Positions 20,602 to 29,061 of a stretch of 64,000 bases of DNA are shown here, piece after piece. The stretch covers positions 313,472,001 through 313,536,000 of the forward strand of contig CM097883.1 of the NCBI GenBank assembly GCA_044892505.1, written 5' to 3'. Every line of letters starts with the position of its first letter. Positions within the stretch are counted from its first letter, which is position 1. The notes under the pieces are model-generated. The model saw nothing but the letters and a program-made list of their open reading frames with translations. It was not told the DNA's origin and did not search any database. The translations under genes and the position numbers were made by a program. The DNA is from Schmidtea nova (taxonomy: Eukaryota).

Positions 20602-22843
20602 CGTCTTCTTCCTGGAATGTCTTTCCTTGAATTTCGTCGAACTGTGCTCCTTGTAGCAGTTGTAGTTGACATTCGTTCACCTTTGGTTTGTATACTAATG
20701 TTGACATTCCCGTTTGACACATGCTCCTGTCGATTTTACACATGGATAACGTTTTCATTTCCCCCGTTGTTGGTTCGAAGAATGCTTCGTAGCTTTTTAG
20801 TTCGACTATATACGTATCTATCACCACTAAGTTGGTTGCGAGTGTTCCGAACATCGGGTAGGTTTCTCCTTGACAATATCCTTCTCCTCCCGTAATCCGT
20901 CCTGCTACATAGTACGTCTGTTGCATCATCATTCCTGGCTTTCCTTTTATCTTGATTTTATCTCTTGTTGTTACTTCTCCATGTTTAAACAGTGCTTCGC
21001 AGTCCTCTCCTTGTAACACGATTGGTTCTCTTTCCGTTCCTGGCATGACAATTGCTGAATAATGTCCTCTCCCGCAGTAGAATGCGAATCTCGTCTTCTG
21101 CACCTTACATTCATTCACCATTGTCTTTATGAGTTCTGCTTCTTGATACACGTGGTACCATTGTTCCTTTTTAATCTTTTGCAACTCTACTGGAGTTGCA
21201 TCTTTGCATTGCTCCGTGCCTCTCAATGAATACTTTTCTCCTAACTTCATTTGGTCGCAATCAAACACTTCGAACGCTGTTGCGCTATCGGTGCTAATCA
21301 TCCATATCAACATCATCATTATTATGGAACTCAAATTCATTGATGACTTCGCGTTTCTTGTTCCTGCTTGTTCTTTTCCTAACTCTTCCAATATTTTTTC
21401 GAATTTCTTTTTCATATTCTTGGCTTGTGTTTTCTTCTGGTTAGCTTTTATAAATGTTTCCCATCCGCCTTTGTTAATGACGTAGGGTTCTATTTCTTTA
21501 GATATAATCTTTGCGGTATTTTTTATGTGTCTTTCCAACGCAGTGGGTTTTGGTCGACCTCTACTCAGTGTTAGTAGGTTGTAGATAGTGTATGCAATGG
21601 CTATTACGTATTTGTTATCTGTTTCCGCTCCTTCTGTCAATTTCTTTATTAACGTAGTGGTTCCTTGCCAGTCTAAATGATTTGACTTCGTCTTTTCTTT
21701 TATGAATTCCGGTAAGGTGGGTGCAATTGCGCTGTGCAATGACTTCGCCTTTTCGCTTATCTCAGTTATGCGCCAGTATTTTTTCAATTCCGGATCAATT
21801 ATTGCCAATATTTCCATTATTGTTTTCGATATCCATTCCTCACCTTGACATATTGGTGTTGTCTCTTTTTCTTTTATCTCCGCGATTTTATTTAATTTCT
21901 TTAAACATACTTCCCATTGATCTTGTCTCTTTTCATCCTTATTTCTGATGACTACATTTGCCGGATCTGTCTTGGGTCTACCTCGAGGTCGTCTATCCAT
22001 TCCTGTACCCGTTTCCACAAATCTTGTTGCTCGTCCGGTTTCTTCCGTAACATCTCTTGGTTCGTTAGCTCTTTCTTCCAACCATCTTTCCATTTCTTGT
22101 GTTAATCGTACATTTTCGACATTCGCTCCTCTTGTTTCGTCTTCCGTCAAATCGTTTACTTCTTCTATTATTATCTCTTCTTCAACTTCTGTTTCTCCGG
22201 TGTTGGTTACTTGTACTGTCGTAGGTAATTCTTGTATTCTTTCGAAAATGTTATCGTCTTTTTCCTTTGTTAGTTCGGTTAATTCTTCTATCATATCGTC
22301 GCTGTCTGTTAAAATTTCGTCCACGTCGTATGGTTGTGGTGGAGTCATTTCTCTATTCCCTCTGGGTGTTGTCTCAGATCGTCTTGAACTTGTCCCTGGC
22401 GTTGGTACTAATTCCATCGGGCTCGGCGTACTTATACTTCCGTGTGGTTTATGGTTTTCTTCTTTACGTTTTAATGGTTGACCTGCTATTGCTTCTACTG
22501 TCAAGGTATTCATGAGATCTAGTTGTGCTGGCGTTATTCCGATTTCCAAACTGTTATCTAATGATCGTCCTTGGTGTTGTAAATGGAATGGTGGTTCGTA
22601 TCTCAATTTCTTTTTAATATCTCGAATTTTTTCTGCTATTCCTACCCACAATTCTTCCTTATCCTTGTTTGGATATATTATTCTTAAATGCACTTTTTGT
22701 GGAATTTCCTGCGAGAATTCTTGATTTCTCCATTTCCTAATTACGTGGTCTAGTTGTTCCGGGCACCACTCGTTAACTCTTTTATATTCTGCGATTGCCT
22801 TTGCCACTTTACGCAAGCATGTTATATCTTCTCCATTAACCAC
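20537..22843 (-). CDS. Polyprotein middle part: ubiquitin-like domain, Bcl-2-like domain, internal signal peptide and glycoprotein N-half
   Basis: HLQHQGRSLDNS resembles ubiquitin RLIFAGKQLEDG. IEPYVINKGGWETF resembles BH2. The hydrophobic stretch SIIMMMLIWMIST is followed by AFEVFDC and a Cys-rich ectodomain. Confidence 0.8.
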   Translation of the reverse strand: MVNGEDITCLRKVAKAIAEYKRVNEWCPEQLDHVIRKWRNQEFSQEIPQKVHLRIIYPNKDKEELWVGIAEKIRDIKKKLRYEPPFHLQHQGRSLDNSLEIGITPAQLDLMNTLTVEAIAGQPLKRKEENHKPHGSISTPSPMELVPTPGTSSRRSETTPRGNREMTPPQPYDVDEILTDSDDMIEELTELTKEKDDNIFERIQELPTTVQVTNTGETEVEEEIIIEEVNDLTEDETRGANVENVRLTQEMERWLEERANEPRDVTEETGRATRFVETGTGMDRRPRGRPKTDPANVVIRNKDEKRQDQWEVCLKKLNKIAEIKEKETTPICQGEEWISKTIMEILAIIDPELKKYWRITEISEKAKSLHSAIAPTLPEFIKEKTKSNHLDWQGTTTLIKKLTEGAETDNKYVIAIAYTIYNLLTLSRGRPKPTALERHIKNTAKIISKEIEPYVINKGGWETFIKANQKKTQAKNMKKKFEKILEELGKEQAGTRNAKSSMNLSSIIMMMLIWMISTDSATAFEVFDCDQMKLGEKYSLRGTEQCKDATPVELQKIKKEQWYHVYQEAELIKTMVNECKVQKTRFAFYCGRGHYSAIVMPGTEREPIVLQGEDCEALFKHGEVTTRDKIKIKGKPGMMMQQTYYVAGRITGGEGYCQGETYPMFGTLATNLVVIDTYIVELKSYEAFFEPTTGEMKTLSMCKIDRSMCQTGMSTLVYKPKVNECQLQLLQGAQFDEIQGKTFQEEDDDDKARAKHLKEALETTETGS

Positions 22844-23190
22844 GAAAAAATCTGCGAGACCTTTTATTATTTTCTCTTACCGTGCGCATTAGTTTTTAAT
22901 ATTTCGACAAATTCTTCCGTTTTTTGCTTTTCCTTTTCTACCCATATAGCCGCTGTTTCTGGTCCATCTAGGTCTATTGGCGTAGCTTTCCTTGTCACCA
23001 TGCAAACCCTTCTCATTTCTGGTTCGCAGTCATCTTCCATTCCTCTTTCATATTCTTCTTCATATTCTCCTTCCTTTGGTACCCAACATTTTTCTTTCTC
23101 GTTCCATTGTTTTTCTACGGGTGTTCGTCTTCGTCTGTTGAGATTGAGTTCCTCTAATACATTTTCCCACTCTGGCCAAATTCGCCAATT

Positions 23191-26100
23191 TCAATAGATG
23201 TCTACTATTTGTTGTAATTTGCGCACAACTTCTTTCCGTCGTTCCCGTTCTCTTTTCTCATCTTTAGCAGTTTCTCTGGGTGTATCGTCCATTCTGATAA
23301 CGTGGATGGTTTGGTGATTATCCCATATACCGATTTTATATAGTCGTCTCTCATCGTGATCCCATAATACATGTTCGTTATATTGTATGATTATGTCGTC
23401 TTCCCATTCGTCTTCTGGTTCTCTTTGCACTAGTGTCTCGTTGATGACATTTATTGATTCTTTAATGGTGCAATCCGCTACTACTTCAATTTCTTTGGTG
23501 TCTTCGTTAGGCAATTCCACTGAAATTTTTAGATCTGTTATTTTCCCTTGTCTGAACATTGTTTTTCCCATTTTTGCGATTAATTTGTCGTGTGAGATTT
23601 GTGACCATCTCGTGTGACTTGTGTCACGTATACACTCAATACATTGTTTCAATTTCTCGTATTCGCTTCTCATTAACTCCTTTCTATGTTTTTTGACTTG
23701 TGGTATGATTTGTTCTATCAGGGAATTTAGATTCTTTCGTAAGACTCGTTCTTTCTCGTATTCTAACCGAGGTTTTATTCTCCTTTCAAAGCACGTGTTT
23801 GCTTCCCTTGCAACTTCTTGTAGGTTCTCTTCTTCCTTCTCATCACATATTGATAACAGAGTTATTTCTCCTGGCCATATACCTGTTTCTACTAAGTGCG
23901 TTCTTTTCTTTACGAGTCTATTCTGCGAATAGATGAATTTGTTTTTATATGAGCTCCCTAGTCTATCCTCTACCCATCTGTAGATATCGTCTGTAAATGG
24001 AGTTTTGATCCAGATTCTTGGTGTAGATGTATTTATTATTATTGAGATGGTGTAATTGAGGAGTGGTTCCTCTATCAATTTCCCTACGTATCGATTTAAC
24101 ATGTCCACTTCCCGGTCTTGTAACCATTCTCTGTAGTTCATTTGTAATAATGCTTTCATGAATTTCCGATATTGTTTCTTGTCCATGAATTCTTCGTTAT
24201 ATATTACTTCTAGCGAGTTATCTAGTAATTTCTGGATTTCATCTACTTTTATCTGTGTAGGTTCTGAGGTCTTTATTACTTCTCTCTCTTTATTTTCGTC
24301 TTCGGATTCGTTTAATATGTCTCCTGCTAGGCTACTGATGTCGCTATCTTCTTCCTCATCGGAAAATTCTCTGGCGGTATTTCTTAACATATTAATATGT
24401 GCTATTTGGTTCGTTTCTCCTTGTATATTCTTCGTTGGTTCTGGTTCGTTTTTGTCAATCTCTGGTGTTGGTTCACTCTTGTCCTCTATTACTTCGACTT
24501 TTCTCATTTTCTTCTCCAACTCGTCTATCTCTTTCAAACGTCTTCTTATCATTTTTCCTTTAAATATTCGACTGATTCGGGTTTCGTGACGCACTGGTGG
24601 TGGAATTTCTCCTGGTTCTATTTCTTTGATTCTCATCACATTTCTTTTTGTCTCTGTTACTCCCATGTTTTCCCATATATCCGTTAATTTCAATTTTACT
24701 GATGGTGCATCTCTTATTTGTAAGAACGCTTCTCTGGGCAGTTTCGTTACTCCTGGAATCATCTGGTTTACTTTATTGAATAGTATTTCCACCTTTTCTT
24801 TTGCGTTATATTGGAATCGAAACACATGGTCGTTGGGCATGATTATCATCATTCCTTTTTTCCAAATTTTTCTTCTCTCTTCTTGGTTTATCTCAGTTTC
24901 CGCTTCCTTTTCTACTTCTTTTTCTACTTCCTCATCTTTTTGTACTATTTCTTTTCCACTTTCGTTGTCGGCTGGATTCATTTCTAGTGTGGTTTCTTTT
25001 TCGCGAGTATCTGTTTGGTTTATTGCTCTTAGCATGTTGATTCTTAGAGGTTGTCGCTCTCTTTCTTGTTGTTTTTGTTCGTCTTCTCTTTGTATTCTTG
25101 CCCATTCCTGAGCGTGTCGTGCTTGACTTTCTCGATTCAATCGTTCGTTTTCGCTTTCTATTTTTCTCATCATGCTAATTTGTTGTTGGTTGGTTTGCGG
25201 ATTCCCTCTCGTCGTATTGTTTATAAGTTCCGTCAACCGTTGAACTTCTTGCATCAAATGTATTTCTTTGGTGGTAGTTTTGTTCTGATTATTGTTATTA
25301 TTGGCTTGTTGGTTTCCATAATCTTGTCGATTTACGGTATTTGCTTGGTTTCCGTAATTTGGTCGGTTTCCGTTGTTCTGCCAATTTCCTCGTTGATTAC
25401 CTTTTTGTCCGCAATTCCTTGAGTAGTGACCAGGTCGTCCGCAATTAAAACAGATTATCGTAGAACATCTACTCTCCGAGTGTCCTTTAACTCCACATTT
25501 TCCGCAATTCAAATTTTGATAGCATTCTTGCTGCCAATGTCCCAATTTTCCACATGTTTTACATTGTTTTGTTTGTCTTTGAGGGTTGTAATTGTTTTGG
25601 CTTTCAAAGTTCTGCACTTTATTTCCTTCATTCCTTCGTTGAGGGGGTGGTCGGTTTAATTGTTGCGAATTTGGAATGTGATTGTTAAGATTTACTTCTG
25701 GTTCGATTTGCGCCGTGTCCATGGCTAAATAAATTCTACCCTCACTTCCTATCATATGCAATTCAAATCGGTTAGCTGTTTCTAACGCTTGATCTATGGT
25801 TTTGCATCCTTGGCATCCAACTTGCGCTCTTATGTCGGGTCTTCTTAATCCTCCTATGAAGATGGCTGCCATTAATTCCTCGTTTATTGGACCCCCATCC
25901 TTGAATACCGATTTTGCTAATTTTTTCAGTTCGCTTGCGTATACCGCATTAGATTCATTCATCTTTTGTTTCCTCATTGAGAATTCTATGAATGCCTCGC
26001 TTAGCACTTTATTTATTCCAAATGTTTGTTGAAAAAAATCCTTTATCGCTGGCCAGTCTGCAGGTGGATTGGTACCATTCTTTGCTTCCAAATATAGGTC

Positions 26101-26706
26101 CAATGCACTATCTTTCAAATATAACTGTATTCTACTTGCTGTTGTCTCAGCTTTCCATTTGCATACTTCCACGAATATGCCAAATTCTTTTAGAAAAATT
26201 TCCAATTTACTCGCATCTCCGTTAAACGGTTCTCCTGAAAATTTATCCTTTATTTCTTCTCTTGGTTCACCCATTTCAATTCCGCTGTCTTGAGTTATTT
26301 TACTTTCGTTCCCTCTTGTTTCTAGTTCGTTGTTATGTTCGTCTTCTGTTTTACTCGAGCTTGAATCGCTTTCTGTTTCTCTTATTACTTCGCTATCTGA
26401 TATTATACTTTCGTTATCACTCTCGTTGGTTTCAACCTCTGGTTCTACCTCGTTTTCTACTTCTTCGATATTATCGTTGTTAATTTCGTCGCTTTCTATT
26501 TCGCTTGTTTGGTTCTCCTTGGGTTCTGCTTGGTTTTCTTTGTTACTTGAGCTGTTGCTTACTACTGACAATTTATCGTTTTCGATAATTGATTTATCTC
26601 TTATTATTTTCCTCGCTTTACTCCCTTGTGGGTTTTTGTGGTTATCTTTGCCGGCTTTCTGCTTTTTTGTTGGCTTTATTGCGACACTCTTTGCTCCTTT
26701 TCTCAA
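23191..26706 (-). CDS. gag: Polyprotein 5' part: Gag (capsid plus three CCHC knuckles) with a ~600-aa extension containing two ubiquitin-like domains
   Basis: Capsid-like FSGEPFNGDASKLEIFLKEF and RKQKMNES; CKTCGKLGHWQQEC, CGKCGVKGHSESRC, CFNCGRPGHYSRNC. The frame stays open for ~105 codons beyond the TGA at 23191. Confidence 0.92.
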   Translation of the reverse strand: MRKGAKSVAIKPTKKQKAGKDNHKNPQGSKARKIIRDKSIIENDKLSVVSNSSSNKENQAEPKENQTSEIESDEINNDNIEEVENEVEPEVETNESDNESIISDSEVIRETESDSSSSKTEDEHNNELETRGNESKITQDSGIEMGEPREEIKDKFSGEPFNGDASKLEIFLKEFGIFVEVCKWKAETTASRIQLYLKDSALDLYLEAKNGTNPPADWPAIKDFFQQTFGINKVLSEAFIEFSMRKQKMNESNAVYASELKKLAKSVFKDGGPINEELMAAIFIGGLRRPDIRAQVGCQGCKTIDQALETANRFELHMIGSEGRIYLAMDTAQIEPEVNLNNHIPNSQQLNRPPPQRRNEGNKVQNFESQNNYNPQRQTKQCKTCGKLGHWQQECYQNLNCGKCGVKGHSESRCSTIICFNCGRPGHYSRNCGQKGNQRGNWQNNGNRPNYGNQANTVNRQDYGNQQANNNNNQNKTTTKEIHLMQEVQRLTELINNTTRGNPQTNQQQISMMRKIESENERLNRESQARHAQEWARIQREDEQKQQERERQPLRINMLRAINQTDTREKETTLEMNPADNESGKEIVQKDEEVEKEVEKEAETEINQEERRKIWKKGMMIIMPNDHVFRFQYNAKEKVEILFNKVNQMIPGVTKLPREAFLQIRDAPSVKLKLTDIWENMGVTETKRNVMRIKEIEPGEIPPPVRHETRISRIFKGKMIRRRLKEIDELEKKMRKVEVIEDKSEPTPEIDKNEPEPTKNIQGETNQIAHINMLRNTAREFSDEEEDSDISSLAGDILNESEDENKEREVIKTSEPTQIKVDEIQKLLDNSLEVIYNEEFMDKKQYRKFMKALLQMNYREWLQDREVDMLNRYVGKLIEEPLLNYTISIIINTSTPRIWIKTPFTDDIYRWVEDRLGSSYKNKFIYSQNRLVKKRTHLVETGIWPGEITLLSICDEKEEENLQEVAREANTCFERRIKPRLEYEKERVLRKNLNSLIEQIIPQVKKHRKELMRSEYEKLKQCIECIRDTSHTRWSQISHDKLIAKMGKTMFRQGKITDLKISVELPNEDTKEIEVVADCTIKESINVINETLVQREPEDEWEDDIIIQYNEHVLWDHDERRLYKIGIWDNHQTIHVIRMDDTPRETAKDEKRERERRKEVVRKLQQIVDIY

Positions 26707-27316
26707 CTGGATTACTTTTATATTATCAATTTTCTTGTCCTATCTATTATCGTTTTTCTGATTCTTCTTGTTGCTTGATTGATTTGATTGATTTGTATAT
26801 CTAAAATACAAAGGTCCTCAACGATACCTTATTGTTATCGTCGCGCTTTTATTCCCTTTCTTTCGGGATTACTTATTACTGGGTTTTCATTATATCCCCA
26901 TTCCCAGATTCCCCTTTATTTTTAGTCTATTTAAATTATCTATAGACTGGTCACAATTATCTATTTATGTCGTAATAATTATCTATGTTTTATCAAATCC
27001 ATTACTTTTCCCACAGTTTCCCAATTTATTGGTCGCTCGAGCGCTCTAATTCCCTGAGTCTTTCTGACTCGTTTATCATTATTTTATCATTCCTATTCAT
27101 TATTCCCTGATAGCAATCGTTTTACTCATTCTGCCGGTTGCTCCGGTCAGCTCGAATTTTTATTATTCTCCTTGCATGCTTTACTTAAGGTTGCATAATC
27201 AGCTTTACTCGCATTTCTTAACTACTAGTGCGCACTATTCTAAATCTCGTCGACGATTACACTATGGGTCTATATTCCCTCTGTTACTATTTATCCGGAT
27301 ATCTCTATAATCCACT

Positions 27317-27628
27317 ATGGCTCTTTTGGCCTCAATTTTATATCTCACATGGCTCTATTGGCCTCATTTTACTATCTCAAATGGCTCTATTGGCCTCAAT
27401 TTAATATCTCACATGGCTCTATTGGCCTTAATTTAATATCTCACATGGCTCTATTGGCCTTAATTTTATATCTCACATGGCTCTATTGGCCTCATTTTAC
27501 TATCTCAAATGGCTCTATTGGCCTCAATTTAATATCTCACATGGCTCTATTGGCCTTAATTTAATATCTCACATGGCTCTATTGGCCTTAATTTAATATC
27601 TCACTGGCTCTATTGGCCTCAAATTAAT
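27317..27628. repeat. Tandem array of ten ~32-bp units (ATGGCTCTATTGGCCTCAATTTAATATCTCAC) upstream of gag
   Basis: Unit starts at about 27317, 27349, 27381 and so on to 27604. Variant pattern shows a 128-bp higher-order duplication. Confidence 0.95.
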
Positions 27629-28220
27629 CTCTCCATAACGCCTAGCTAGGTCATTCAATAAGGCTCGTTGGCCTCAACCCTTTTTTTCAAGGGACAAACC
27701 GCTGATAACCCTTTGTTTCAAGGGACAAATCTCGTATAACTTTATAACTTTACTTAACCGGTTAATCACAATTCTTAACTTCGCTAGCGATTAAAATTTC
27801 TCAGCTGAGCTATAACTACTTCTATGCGAGCTGACTATGCACCTTTTATTCTCTCAAAAATGTCATTTATCTCTCTATTCTATCATAACTATTTCCTGAT
27901 CAGTCTGCTTTAACTTTTTATTTTTTTTTTCTTATGCGCGCTTTACTCCATCAAGATTTCCCTATCTCTCTCCCCAACCACAATATACAAAAAGATCGCG
28001 TTGGTCCATTAGTGCAGGATGTGGTGATCAATCACATCACAAAAACTTTCCAACATTTGCGATGGGCCCCTTTCTATATACTTGACTAGGTTGATCAATT
28101 GGTACCCCTCAATGGATTCTTATCGGACTACTTTGTAGTAGCTCAAAAAAATTATTTAAATACAATGATTGTTCCCATGATTCACCATTCGACATTTTAC
28201 TAATTAACTCTAAACATTTA

Positions 28221-28682
28221 TTACAAATAAACTATAATTTTTTCATTCACGGTAAAGTTGCACATCGGACACCGGTCACACTTGTTGGCACAGATCTTAC
28301 AAAAACGGAAATGTCCACAAGGTAAAAACATAATTTGTATCTCGTTGTTTTCACATATATAGCACTGTCGGTATTTTTTCGCTGCTTCTACCCCTTGCGC
28401 CCTCCATCGATTGTATGCTGGGGTCAATTGTTGTTCCATCTGTCTGCATCTAATGTTCAGCTCCGCATTCTCTAGTCGTGCTTGGTACCATTTGTAGCGG
28501 GTTTTTATGTCGATTTTACTTGTTCTTTCTGTTATCTTTATTAATTCATCTGTTTCTTCGGTCTGTGTTGTGGGTTCTTGAAATTCAATTTCTCTAAATC
28601 GGTTTATTTTCTTGCCAATTGTTGCTAATGTTTCGTTTTCTGTGCTGAGAAATTCTTCGATTTCTTTCAGTTTTTCCTCCAT
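28221..28682 (-). CDS. 153-aa protein with a C-terminal IAP/Mdm2-type RING finger, between the PBS and gag
   Basis: CYICENNEIQIMFLPCGHFRFCKICANKCDRCPMCNFTVNEKIIVYL at the extreme C-terminus, the hallmark layout of IAP-type RINGs. No BIR domain. Confidence 0.85.
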   Translation of the reverse strand: MEEKLKEIEEFLSTENETLATIGKKINRFREIEFQEPTTQTEETDELIKITERTSKIDIKTRYKWYQARLENAELNIRCRQMEQQLTPAYNRWRAQGVEAAKKYRQCYICENNEIQIMFLPCGHFRFCKICANKCDRCPMCNFTVNEKIIVYL

Positions 28683-29037
28683 TTGCTGAATAAATAATCG
28701 TTTTAACTTTGTGGTTTTTATCGTTTTAAAGTGGTAATATGTCTCGTTTTGTGTCTTTTAATATTTATTTAAAGTAGTAATATGTTTCGTTTTGCATCTT
28801 TTAGCATTTATTTACTCTCCCCGTGTTTCCGAAAATTGTCGTCCCGACAAATTATTTATGCATGCATTCGATTTTTATAACTTTACTTTTATTTGTTGTT
28901 GTGTTTGTTGTTTATCTTGTACATCATTTAGATTTAATTACCAATTTTCTGTTTTTATTAAATTTATTCACACGACACGAGCACTTTAAACTTCTCTGCA
29001 GATTTTTCATTCACATTTTACCGATAAAACGAAGTTG

Positions 29038-29055
29038 ATCCCGGCTGAGCCCCCA
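29038..29055 (-). promoter_or_regulatory. Primer-binding site, tRNA-Pro type
   Basis: TGGGGGCTCAGCCGGGAT, 6 nt inside the 5' LTR; two differences from the classic MLV Pro PBS TGGGGGCTCGTCCGGGAT. Confidence 0.9.
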
Positions 29056-29061
29056 AATTTA

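Noticed and set aside
20537-20676. Programmed +1 frameshift as the normal env expression mechanism
   Set aside because: The sister element reads through the equivalent region (61131-61279) in one frame and no recognised shift signal is present; kept only as an open alternative.
8309-26804. Dozens of plus-strand F/L/S/I-rich ORFs
   Set aside because: They are antisense shadows of the A-rich minus-strand genes, with no motifs or independent start context.
27349-27564. 71-aa ORF; also considered as a CRISPR-like array
   Set aside because: It is a translation of the 32-bp tandem repeat, which has no unique spacers, and the context is eukaryotic.
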